A stretch of DNA of 64,000 bases from Candidatus Multivoradales bacterium (GCA_965223155.1 CBDCVR010000013.1:320001-384000), one strand, 5' to 3'. Positions 28,384-36,949 are shown, counted from the stretch's first letter. Program-made: numbers and translations. The notes: generated by a model from the letters alone, not told the origin.

Positions 28384-31092
28384 TTACAAGAGCTCCAGAG
28401 GATCCACGTCCAGGATGATCTCGCTCGGACTGCGCTCGGGCACGGCCTCGCGCGCCAACCGTTTGAGAGCCGATGCCGACCGGCCCCGGATCAGGATCTG
28501 GAAGCGCCACTTGCCCCGGAGTCGCTCGAACGGCGCCGGTGCCGGCCCGGCCAGCCGGATTCCCGCCTCGGGCTCCCGCCCGGCCAGGACTCCCAGATCG
28601 TTGGCCAGACGCTCGGCGGTGGCCGCTCCCCGCTCGCGCCGGGCGTCCCGGATCAGGAGTTGGATCATCCGGGTGTAAGGCGGATAGTGAAAGATACGGC
28701 GGAAGCGCATCTCCTCGGCGGCGAATCCGGCATCGTCGTGGCTCAGGGCGGCGCGGATGCCGTAGTGGTCGGGATGGTAGGTCTGGACCACGACCCGGCC
28801 GGGCCGATCACCCCGTCCGGCGCGGCCGGCGAGCTGGGTCAGGAGGTTGTAGGTGCGCTCCACCGCCCGGAAATCCGGGAAGCTGAGATAGGTGTCGGCC
28901 TGAAGCACGGCGGCCAGCGCCACCTTGGGAAAGTGGTGGCCCTTGGCGACCATCTGGGTGCCGATCAGGACCTGGGCGTCGCCGCGGCCGAAGCGCTCCA
29001 GCACCGCAGGCACGCCACCCGGGCTTCGCACCGTGTCGCGATCCAGGACCGCCGTCTCGATCTCCGGGAAGAGCTCGCGGAACTGCTCATCCACTCGCTC
29101 GGTACCGCTGCCGATGGGCTCCAGGGCGGGCTCGGAGCAGGCCGGGCAGCGCTCGGGCCGGGGACGCTTCGAGCCGCAATAGTGGCACTGCAACTCGCCG
29201 AATCGCTTGTGGAAGGTCCTGGGCAGGCCGCAGTCGTCGCAGCGCAGATCCTCCCCGCACGCTCGGCACAGCAACACCGGCGAATAGCCGCGGCGGTTGC
29301 GCAGCACGATCGCCTGGTCTCCCGCCCGGAAGGCGTCTTCGAGGGCGGCCATCAGGGGCTCCGAGATGTGGATCTCACCGGGCCGCCGCGGGCCCTCGAC
29401 CGTTCTCAGATCCACGACCTCGGCCTCGGGCAGCCGCCCTACCCCCACCCGCTCGGTCAGCTCGAGCTGCCTGAGGCGCCCGCGCTGGAGATTGAGCCGG
29501 CTCTCCAGACTGGGCGTGGCCGAAACCAGAACCACCGTCGCCGCGGAATCCCGCCCGCGCCACAGGGCCACGTCCCGAGCGTTGTACCGGGGTGTCACTT
29601 CCTGCTTGTAGGCGGTGTCGTGTTCTTCATCCACGACGATCAGGCGCAGGTTCTGGACCGGCGCGAAGATCGCCGAGCGCGGTCCCAAGACCAAGCGCGC
29701 GGAGCCGGCGCGGAGGCGTTCCCACTCCTGCTGGCGCTCGCCCGGACTCAACGCCGAATGAAGGATCGCGGCGTCGGTTCCAAAGCGCCGGCGCAGGGTT
29801 TCGGCGAGCGCCGGGACGAGCGCGATCTCGGGCACGAGAATGATGGCCGAGCCGCCCTCGTCCAAGACCGCCTGGACCGCGCGCAGGTAGACCTCGGTCT
29901 TGCCGCTGCCGGTCATGCCGCCGAGAAAACAAGGCGCGAACTCGCGTCGTCCGACCGAATCGACCAGGGCCGTGGCGGCCAGGTCCTGATCCGGCCGGAG
30001 CACGATCGGCGCCGGCGGCTTGGTCGCCATGCGGTGGTGGTCGAGATCCAGGCGGGCCACCTGCGTGAACGTGCGCACGGCTCCCAGCTTTGCCAGACGC
30101 CGAAGTACCGACGGCGAGCAACCCAGCTCCTCTTCCAGCTCGCTCCGCAGCATAGGCCGGCCGGCCGCGGCCAGGTGCTCGATCGCCCGCCGACCCGGGC
30201 CGGAGCGTCCCGCCTTTTCGAGCAGCGACTCCTTCGAGCCAGGCCCCAGCTCGACCGCGGTCACGTAGCGAGCTCCCGAGGTGCGCGATTCGGCAACCGT
30301 CAGCCAACCCCGGCTGCGAAGGGTCTCCACCGTTCGATAGAAGTCCGGGTCCGCCAGCGCTGCCTCGAGCTCGCCCAACGTCGAGCGGCCGGCCTGGGTC
30401 AGGGCCTCGAGAACGGTCCGTTCCGCCTCGCTCCGGCCGCGGGCAAGAGCTCCCCGGTCGGTCAGCCAGATTCGTTGATTGCCCCACCCTTCGAGCCGGC
30501 TGGGCAGCATGGCTCGGAAGACCTCGCCCGGCGCCGCCAGGTAGTAATCGCTGACGAAGCGGCCGAGATCCAAGAGCTCGGCCGGCAGCACCGGCGCTTG
30601 GTCGACCATCGCCTCGATCGGCTTCAGCCGACCCTCGAGCGCGGGATCCACCCGGTCGTGCCGTTCGACCACCAGACCGGTCAGGCGCCGCCGGCCCAGG
30701 GGCACCCGCACCCGGGCTCCGGGCAGCGCCCGGTGGCGAAGCGAGGGCGGCACCAGATAGTCAAGCGGCTCGGGCAACGGCGCCGGCACTGCCACGGCGG
30801 CCAGGGCACCGGTGCCCGGGTCGATGGGGTTCGAGTCTGTCCGACTCAGGTCTGTCGCGCTCGGGTCTGTCGGACTCGGGTCTGTTCGACTCGGGTCTGT
30901 TCGACTCGGGTCTAGCCGATCTGGGCCTATCCGGCTCGGGTCTGTCCCACCTGGTTCTGTCCGACCTGGGTCGTCTGTCGGGCTCCGTTCCGGCGAGCTC
31001 GGGTCGTTCGGACGAGCCTCCCCCGCCCCGCTTCCCTCCGCGTCGTCGAGATTCAGATCGGCCTGGCCGCGCTGGTCGGATTCCTCAGACAC
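28384..31092 (-). CDS. priA: Primosomal protein N' (start uncertain; N-terminal repeat extension)
   Basis: GMTGSGKTEVY, LVPEI, DEEHD.YKQE, SATPSLES, NRRGY, four CxxC, GTQMVAKG, QLAGRAGR, DVDP. Confidence 0.96.
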   Translation of the reverse strand: MSEESDQRGQADLNLDDAEGSGAGEARPNDPSSPERSPTDDPGRTEPGGTDPSRIGPDRLDPSRTDPSRTDPSPTDPSATDLSRTDSNPIDPGTGALAAVAVPAPLPEPLDYLVPPSLRHRALPGARVRVPLGRRRLTGLVVERHDRVDPALEGRLKPIEAMVDQAPVLPAELLDLGRFVSDYYLAAPGEVFRAMLPSRLEGWGNQRIWLTDRGALARGRSEAERTVLEALTQAGRSTLGELEAALADPDFYRTVETLRSRGWLTVAESRTSGARYVTAVELGPGSKESLLEKAGRSGPGRRAIEHLAAAGRPMLRSELEEELGCSPSVLRRLAKLGAVRTFTQVARLDLDHHRMATKPPAPIVLRPDQDLAATALVDSVGRREFAPCFLGGMTGSGKTEVYLRAVQAVLDEGGSAIILVPEIALVPALAETLRRRFGTDAAILHSALSPGERQQEWERLRAGSARLVLGPRSAIFAPVQNLRLIVVDEEHDTAYKQEVTPRYNARDVALWRGRDSAATVVLVSATPSLESRLNLQRGRLRQLELTERVGVGRLPEAEVVDLRTVEGPRRPGEIHISEPLMAALEDAFRAGDQAIVLRNRRGYSPVLLCRACGEDLRCDDCGLPRTFHKRFGELQCHYCGSKRPRPERCPACSEPALEPIGSGTERVDEQFRELFPEIETAVLDRDTVRSPGGVPAVLERFGRGDAQVLIGTQMVAKGHHFPKVALAAVLQADTYLSFPDFRAVERTYNLLTQLAGRAGRGDRPGRVVVQTYHPDHYGIRAALSHDDAGFAAEEMRFRRIFHYPPYTRMIQLLIRDARRERGAATAERLANDLGVLAGREPEAGIRLAGPAPAPFERLRGKWRFQILIRGRSASALKRLAREAVPERSPSEIILDVDPLELL
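30811..30978. repeat. Tandem array of ~11 degenerate 15-bp units (consensus NCGACTCGGGTCTGT), encoding TDPSR-like pentapeptides
   Basis: Units end at 30840, 30855, 30870, 30885, 30900 and onward with 15-bp period; last unit is 18 bp. Confidence 0.9.
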
Positions 31093-31315
31093 CTGCCGAG
31101 CGTAAACCAAAGTCCTGGGATTCCGTCGGTGACTCCTGCCGCCGTAGCCGTCTCGTCCACGCCGCCTTGACCGGGTCCGAGCCTCCGGGCGCCTAGCCAC
31201 CTGGATTCGCAAGCCGTCTGGCTTCCGTACAGGTGTAGCCATGGGTTCTCGGCTCCGGCCGTCGAGCGTTGGGGCTCTTCGCGAACTCGGTGGCTTGGGC
31301 CGGCCGGCGGGCCAG

Positions 31316-31345
31316 AAAAAAGGGCCGCCCACGAAGGGCGGCCCT
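31316..31345 (-). terminator. Intrinsic terminator of carD
   Basis: Minus strand AGGGCCGCCC-TTCGT-GGGCGGCCCT followed by TTTTT. Confidence 0.9.
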
Positions 31346-31379
31346 GCTCGGCTCGTTGTGCGCTAGGCGCAACTGGTCG

Positions 31380-31901
31380 TCAAACGGCCTCGGCGGACGC
31401 CTCCCCGTTCTTCTCGAGCGCCGTCACCAGCGCCTTCTCCACCTGCTTGTCCGCGGCCTCCTCGTCAATCTTCTTGACGTGGGCGACCTCGCTGACGATG
31501 AAGTACTTGGCGCGCTCGTACATCTTCTTCTCGCGGAAGGAGAGGCTCTTCTTGGTGCTCACCAGGCGCAGGTTCTTTAGCACCTGAGCGACCTCGATCA
31601 GCTCGCCGGTCTTCATCTTGTCCAGATTCTGCTTGTAGCGGCCCTTCCAATCCTTGTAGGTGTCGATGTGGCCGTCCCGGAGGGTCTTGAAGAGACTCCG
31701 GATCTCCTTCTGCTGGCAGAGAGGCCGAAGGCCCACGAGATCCAGGTTGGCCTTGGGAACCATGACCTTGGAGTCATTCGAGAGCAGCCGCAGGTAGTAG
31801 TAGGTCTGCTGCTGGCCGTCGATCTCGCTGTCTTCGATCTTCTCCACCACGGTGACACCGTGATTCGGATACACCACTTTCTGTCCAATTCGAAATGCCA
31901 A
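31380..31901 (-). CDS. carD: CarD/CdnL family transcriptional regulator
   Basis: FRIGQKVVYPNHG, VMVP...GLR, conserved W in DWKGRY, LSFREKKM; TTG start after AGGGAG. Confidence 0.93.
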   Translation of the reverse strand: MAFRIGQKVVYPNHGVTVVEKIEDSEIDGQQQTYYYLRLLSNDSKVMVPKANLDLVGLRPLCQQKEIRSLFKTLRDGHIDTYKDWKGRYKQNLDKMKTGELIEVAQVLKNLRLVSTKKSLSFREKKMYERAKYFIVSEVAHVKKIDEEAADKQVEKALVTALEKNGEASAEAV

Positions 31902-32018
31902 AATTCTGAGTCTCCCTTGGTTCGGTTCGCTTGACGCGGATGCCGGTGAGCGGAAAGCCGTGGCCGGCCCTGTCACCACACCCGTAAGTCGCATAAAACC
32001 AGCGACTTACGTTGCAAT

Positions 32019-32047
32019 ACCATACACGAAACAGGGCTGGATGTCAA
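32019..32047 (-). promoter_or_regulatory. sigma70-type promoter of carD
   Basis: TTGACA-17 bp-TATGGT. Confidence 0.75.
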
Positions 32048-32135
32048 GGCCTCTAGGGCGGCATGTGAGCGCAACTCCAGCGCAATCGACCCCTGATTGG
32101 GACAAAACGGCCAGGTTGTTACCGATCGCCACATA

Positions 32136-32165
32136 TTGACAGCTTCTCCAAGCCGCACATACCAT
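32136..32165 (+). promoter_or_regulatory. sigma70-type promoter of tRNA-Leu
   Basis: TTGACA-18 bp-TACCAT followed by a GC-rich discriminator. Confidence 0.75.
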
Positions 32166-32183
32166 CGCTCCCCGCTCGCACCG

Positions 32184-32269
32184 GCCGGAGTGGCGGAATG
32201 GCAGACGCGACGGACTCAAAATCCGTTGTCCGCAAGGGCGTGGGGGTTCGAGTCCCCCCTCCGGCACCA
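32184..32269 (+). tRNA. tRNA-Leu (anticodon CAA)
   Basis: Acceptor stem GCCGGAG/CTCCGGC, D-loop GGAATGGCAGAC, ACGGA-CTCAAAA-TCCGT anticodon arm, long variable arm, GTTCGAGTC, encoded CCA. Confidence 0.98.
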
Positions 32270-32279
32270 GAGAGCTCCT

Positions 32280-32480
32280 TCAGGCGACGGTCGAACGGCC
32301 TGCCTCGTGTTCCCAAAGAGCCTTCTTCCCTAGGCTGTCCAAGCGGCCCGCCTTGACGTCCTCTTCAAACTCCTCATCCCAAACCTTGGCTTCGAACTCG
32401 GCGAACCACTCGCGAAAAGCGGGCTAGGTCGTCCCTGGGAAGCTCGGCGACGGCGTTTTCGTCTTCTTCGATCCTTGATG
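32280..32480 (-). pseudogene. Frameshifted remnant of a small putative antitoxin-like protein
   Basis: SRIEEDENAVAELPRDDLARF, one extra T near 32416, then REWFAEFEAKVWDEEFEEDVKAGRLDSLGKKALWEHEAGR; no start codon; family assignment from memory of similar small proteins. Confidence 0.6.
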
Positions 32481-32690
32481 GAATCCCCTGGCACCTCGCC
32501 TCTGGGCATGGTGACCCGCGGTTCGAAAGCCTGTGTCGGAGTGACAGGCATGGTGGCTAGCGTGCCGTGGGAGGTCGAAGTGTGACGTGGACGCGATCGG
32601 TCTCCGGGCTGCCTGTCCGGCGTCCGACGCGCCCCTGTGCCAAGCAGAGCGGAGAGACACGCCGCACTCGATCAAGGCGCCCCAGGGTGC

Positions 32691-33566
32691 CTATGCGCTA
32701 GCTGGTTGTATCTCGTCGGGATCCAACTCGTCGTCAGCATCGTCTTCGCCGTAGCCAACTTTCCAGGCAGTCATCGCCGCCAGTCCGAACCACAGGAGAT
32801 CCCAGAGCGTCAGGGTAGTGGCGGTAAGTGGCAGGAGCTGTGGCTGTGCTCCGCCAGTCGCCAACACAGGTGCGACTCGGTTCTCCTCGAAGGCGTACTG
32901 CTCTTCCGAGGACAGCTCTCGCCACTGTTCCGTTGCTTCCTGCCAGAGAGCCTCGGGATAGTCGTCCCGGTTCATCGGAACCTCCTTGCGGTTCTCCGGC
33001 CAATCGAGCTCGTGGCCTAGTGTTTCGTACTTCTGGACCAAGTCGTCGGCCAAGAAGGAGATGACCCACTCCCGATCGAGCAGGCTCGCGTGCCCTTGGT
33101 CTTGCTTGTATCGCTCCTGGTCGGCTAACGGGATGGCAGCCCAACGGCGCTCTGCCTCTCCCCAAATCTCCGGCGGATAGTCGCTCTCCGCGGCTGCAAT
33201 TTCCGGAGTGATGCCCTCCGGCCAAGTCAACTCGCTTCCCTCTCGCTCGGCCTCTCGAACCAGTGAATCAGCCAAGTACACCAGTGGCCAATCTGGACTC
33301 TCGCGGCTGCCCTGGTCGAGCAGCGCAGCAACGGTTCCCACCTTGCCGACCCCAACGCAAAGCAGAGCCGCCAGAACGGCTATCACCGCTGGCCCAGGCC
33401 CCGCGGCATGCCGGTCTAGGATCCGGGCGCCGTATCCTGCCAGCAATCCAATGGCCCAAGCGACGATTCCGAGCTCGTATTCCGCGAAGTAGGCGACGGC
33501 CACCCAAACGGCCGCCCCGAGGATTCCACCCAGAAACGCGCCTACAAACCAACGTCCTACCTTCAT
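32691..33566 (-). CDS. Hypothetical membrane protein with internally duplicated soluble domain
   Basis: Three N-terminal TM helices, two ~60-aa repeats (LAD.LV...G.EL.WPE...DYP...W.EA...W), C-terminal TM; AAGGAG RBS. Confidence 0.8.
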   Translation of the reverse strand: MKVGRWFVGAFLGGILGAAVWVAVAYFAEYELGIVAWAIGLLAGYGARILDRHAAGPGPAVIAVLAALLCVGVGKVGTVAALLDQGSRESPDWPLVYLADSLVREAEREGSELTWPEGITPEIAAAESDYPPEIWGEAERRWAAIPLADQERYKQDQGHASLLDREWVISFLADDLVQKYETLGHELDWPENRKEVPMNRDDYPEALWQEATEQWRELSSEEQYAFEENRVAPVLATGGAQPQLLPLTATTLTLWDLLWFGLAAMTAWKVGYGEDDADDELDPDEIQPASA

Positions 33567-33643
33567 GGCGATTCTCCTTTGGTGCCTGGCCTGAGCGCTC
33601 GGCTCTTACTGCCTCCGGACCACTTCCGATCTTGTGCGGGCTA

Positions 33644-34458
33644 GGGCCTGTTAACACTTAAGGGTTAGGATCGTATAAGCTCCGTGCATGGAAATCACGG
33701 AGAAACAGTACGAGCGCATTGCAGATTGCTTTCCAGTGCAGCGAGGCAACGTCAGCGTGCCGAATGTTCAAGTGCTGAACGCAATTCTCTACGTTGCCGA
33801 ACACGGCTGCAAGTGGCGCGGGCTCCCGAAACGATTCGGGAATTGGCACACGATCTACACTCGCATGAACCGTTGGTCCAAGAACGGCGTGTTGGATCGG
33901 GTGTTCGCGCGGCTCCAAGAGGAGCAGATCGTGCGAGTCAAGATCGAGGCCGTGTCACTTGACAGCACGATCGTGCGGGTTCACCCCGACGGTACGGGAG
34001 CATTAAAAAAAACGGCCCCCAGGCCATTGGAAAGTCCCGCGGTGGATGGACCACCAAGATTCATATGGTTGCCGCAGATGCTCGAACAGCCATCACCTTC
34101 TGCCTCTCGCCCGGCCAAGCGCACGATGCGCCCGTCGGCCGATGCTTGCTGAAAGACCTGGGCCGACCGAAGCAACCGATCGCGCTTGTCATGGACCGAG
34201 CCTACGAAGGCAACGAAACCCGACAACTCGCTCTGAATCTCGGCTATACCCCTGTCGTGCCACCCTTGAGCACTCGCCTTCGGCCCTGGGCCTACGACCG
34301 GCTCCTCTACAAACGTCGCAACGAGATCGAACGGCTCTTTCGCCGGCTCAAAGGCTACCGGCGCATCTTTTCCAGATTCGAGAAGCTCGACGTCATGTAC
34401 ATCGCCTTCATCCATTTCGCCCTCATCGCTGATGCACTGCGACAGTGTTAACACGCCC
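33644..34458 (+). mobile_element. IS5-family insertion sequence (IS427-like two-ORF type), 815 bp
   Basis: Terminal IRs GGGCCTGTTAACACT / AGTGTTAACACGCCC (14 of 15 match), TA duplication within a CTAG target, lower GC. Confidence 0.95.
33688..34451 (+). CDS. IS5-family transposase expressed by a -1 frameshift at the A8 run (34005-34012)
   Basis: ORF A (GCKWRGLP, W.TIY.R..RW, LDST) continues in the -1 frame as KNGPQAIGKSRGGWTTKIH...MDRAY...YKRRNEIER.F..LK. Confidence 0.92.
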
Positions 34459-34598
34459 TAGTCTATCTCCCAAAACAGTCGTTTGGTCTGTGACGAACTC
34501 AAGGGCTGTCGGACACGACCAGCAGCTTGGGAGGAGCACGATCGACCGAGACGCTCTGGCCAGGCCGATATACTGCTTTTGGCTAGCGGCGAGTGGAC

Positions 34599-35222
34599 AT
34601 GGCGGAAGAGCCCCAGAGCAAGGTCAAGGGTTTCCTGAGCAAGCTGGTCGTGCCCCTGGCGACCGCGCTGTTGCTCGGCGGCACCGCTCCTTGGTGGTAC
34701 CAGGAGTTCTTCAAGAAGGCTGAGCCCCAGCCCGTGACTCAGGCTGTCAAGAAGGATGAGCCGGAGCCCAAGGTTCAGCCCGAGACCCAGCCTGAGACCC
34801 AGCCCAAGACTCAGCCTGAGACTCAGTCTGAGTCCGAGGACGAGACGGTGCCCCTGGAGCCTCGGCCGCGAGATGGGATGCGCTCCAGCTTTGAAGCGAT
34901 CCCGCTTCGGCAAATTGCTCCGGACGGCTCTGTCCTCATCGGCTCGGATCCGCGAGCCGTTGCTTTCGATGCCTTTGGCATCCAGCATCTGGAAGAGGGC
35001 GGCTCGCCTTCGTCGGAACCGGAAATCGAGCACTACGACGGCTACGCGGTTGTCAGCCTCGTGAGCAGTACCGGTGGGGATGACTCCGTCCGGGGCAGCC
35101 GCTACCGCCTCGAGTTCGAGCCGATCGACGACCGGCGGTGGCAGCTCGTCTGGGCCGGCCAGCAGTGGCAGTGCTACCGGGGGGATGACGCCGGCCAGTG
35201 GACGACGAAGCTCTGCATCTAA
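34599..35222 (+). CDS. Membrane-anchored hypothetical protein with a QPET-repeat stalk
   Basis: N-terminal TM, Pro/Gln/Glu/Thr linker, C-terminal DDSVRGSRYRLEF...WQLVWAGQQWQC...C domain. Confidence 0.8.
   Translation: MAEEPQSKVKGFLSKLVVPLATALLLGGTAPWWYQEFFKKAEPQPVTQAVKKDEPEPKVQPETQPETQPKTQPETQSESEDETVPLEPRPRDGMRSSFEAIPLRQIAPDGSVLIGSDPRAVAFDAFGIQHLEEGGSPSSEPEIEHYDGYAVVSLVSSTGGDDSVRGSRYRLEFEPIDDRRWQLVWAGQQWQCYRGDDAGQWTTKLCI
34776..34835 (+). repeat. Five 12-bp tandem units (CAGCCYRAGACY) encoding QPET/QPKT
   Basis: cagcccgagacc cagcctgagacc cagcccaagact cagcctgagact cagtctgagtcc. Confidence 0.85.
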
Positions 35223-35296
35223 GGGCTCAAGAGAGCCGGCCAGCCCGGCCGGCACGCGCTTCGAAACCCGCTCCCAATCGGCGCTAGAATGGCGCC

Positions 35297-35761
35297 ATGT
35301 TCACTCGCCGCCCGCAGACCGATGGCCAGAAGATGGAACGGATCAACGATCTCTACTCGCGCTCGAAGAGCGGGCACTTCCCCAACGTCGAGGACGTAAC
35401 GATGGAGGGCCTCGCGGCGTTGCGGGAAGCCGAGGAGGTGGTTCTGGTGGACGTCCGCAATCCTCCGGAGCAAGAGGTGTCGATGATCCCGGGCGCCATC
35501 ACCGCGGCCGAGCTCGAGGCCGACCCGGAACCGTACAGCGGCAAGACCTTCGTCACCTACTGCACGGTCGGGCATCGGAGCGGCCTCTACGCCCAGAAAC
35601 TCGCGGCGGAGGGCCACCGGGCCGTCAATCTCGCCGGGGCCATCCTGGCTTGGACTCACGCCGGAGGCGAGCTGATCGACGGCAACGGTCCCACCCAGCG
35701 AGTCCACGTCGGCGGGCCCAAGTGGAGCCTCGAGGCCGACGGCTACGAACCCGTCTGGTAG
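35297..35761 (+). CDS. Rhodanese-like domain protein
   Basis: LVDVR..E..S.IPGA, YCTVGHRS, NLAGAILAW; TAGAAT 6 nt before the ATG. Confidence 0.9.
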   Translation: MFTRRPQTDGQKMERINDLYSRSKSGHFPNVEDVTMEGLAALREAEEVVLVDVRNPPEQEVSMIPGAITAAELEADPEPYSGKTFVTYCTVGHRSGLYAQKLAAEGHRAVNLAGAILAWTHAGGELIDGNGPTQRVHVGGPKWSLEADGYEPVW

Positions 35762-35774
35762 GCGCGGCGTTTCG

Positions 35775-36218
35775 ATGGGCCGCGTCCTCCTGGTTTTCGC
35801 TCTCGGCCTGGGCGCCTATCTGGCCTGGACCGAGGTCGTAGCACCTCGGGTAGCAGCTCGCGGCGAGGAGCATCAGTCCGACGAGGCCTCGCTGGCTTGT
35901 GTCGAAGCTGCCGAGGGCGTCGATGTGCTGTTTGACGCGGAGTCAGCGGCTCTGGTCGCCAACTCGAAGGCCTTGGAACAGGGCGCCTGGGCAGAGAGCC
36001 TGGTGCGGCTTAGCTCGGCCCTGGCTCACGCCGACAGCGCCTGCCGGTGTCCGACCGAGGCCTGCGCCAGCGCAACCGGAGCTCTCTACGAGTTGAGGCG
36101 GCTGCTCGGGCAGATGGATCGAACCGCCCGCGGACACTACCTGGCGCTCTCCGGCGCCGAGGGTCGGCGCCAACTCGTGCGGCGGCTCTTGAAGGAGGCC
36201 CGGGCCGGCTTGGATTAG
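35775..36218 (+). CDS. Hypothetical exported helical protein
   Basis: N-terminal hydrophobic anchor, four Cys; 13 bp after the rhodanese stop. Confidence 0.65.
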   Translation: MGRVLLVFALGLGAYLAWTEVVAPRVAARGEEHQSDEASLACVEAAEGVDVLFDAESAALVANSKALEQGAWAESLVRLSSALAHADSACRCPTEACASATGALYELRRLLGQMDRTARGHYLALSGAEGRRQLVRRLLKEARAGLD

Positions 36219-36375
36219 GGCGCTCTCGAACCGTCGGCTTTCGAATCGGACAGAGCTCGGACCGTCGGCAACTTCCCAGCAACCGGCCGCTCCTTCATGG
36301 GTCGGCTCCACGGACTGACGAGCGCCGGCTCGACGCCCACCTACCCCACCTCCTGGGGAACGATGCTCTCGCGCC

Positions 36376-36690
36376 TTAGAGGACGCCGCCGAGCGATCCG
36401 GTCAGGACCGTGCGGCAGCCCGAGCAGATCAAAAGCTGGCCGCGGCGCGGCAGCACCGAGACGAAATTGACTCGGCTGCGGAGCGCCCGGACCACCTGCA
36501 CGCGCTCGACATCGCGCTTGCATCCCGGGCAGCGGACGGCGGCCTCGAGGGTGTATTCGGCTTCGATACCGGAATCGGTGGTTCCTGCTTCGTTGTCGTA
36601 GGTCACCGGTACCGGGCCAGTGCCCCTCGGTTCGACTGCTTGGACGTCTTCGGGTTGTGCCGGGGTTTGTGATGGATCCTGGAGAGCCAT
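36376..36690 (-). CDS. Small zinc-ribbon protein
   Basis: CPGC...CSGC after an acidic disordered N-terminus; AAGGAG RBS. Confidence 0.7.
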   Translation of the reverse strand: MALQDPSQTPAQPEDVQAVEPRGTGPVPVTYDNEAGTTDSGIEAEYTLEAAVRCPGCKRDVERVQVVRALRSRVNFVSVLPRRGQLLICSGCRTVLTGSLGGVL

Positions 36691-36767
36691 GAGCGGGAGC
36701 TCCTTATTCGAGTCTTGGGGGCCGCGGGAGGGTCGGAATGCGGCCCGGAACGTTCGCTCTCAGCGAG

Positions 36768-36783
36768 AGCAGATACCGTGCCA
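36768..36783 (-). promoter_or_regulatory. Candidate sigma54 (-24/-12) promoter
   Basis: TGGCACGGTATCTGCT = GG-N10-GC with TGGCAC, about 78 bp upstream of the 36690 start. Confidence 0.6.
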
Positions 36784-36949
36784 CCCGAGGAAGCTCCGCA
36801 CCCAGATGGAATTCCAAGGGCGCGCACCCTCGCGGGCGCCCGGGATGGTCAAAAAGTGGCGTTTTGGTTGACGGAAACCGACGAGCGGAAGGGGTTGTGG
36901 CGGCCGTGCCTACTGGCTCTCCCTCGGCAGTCCGCCGCTCCCGGAACGC

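Noticed and set aside
30811-30978. CRISPR array or iterons
   Set aside because: Contiguous 15-bp units with no unique spacers, in frame with priA; no cas or rep genes in the window
32250-35290. Integrase-bounded island or prophage with attL/attR at tRNA-Leu
   Set aside because: No integrase or phage genes, and I found no convincing repeat of the tRNA 3' end
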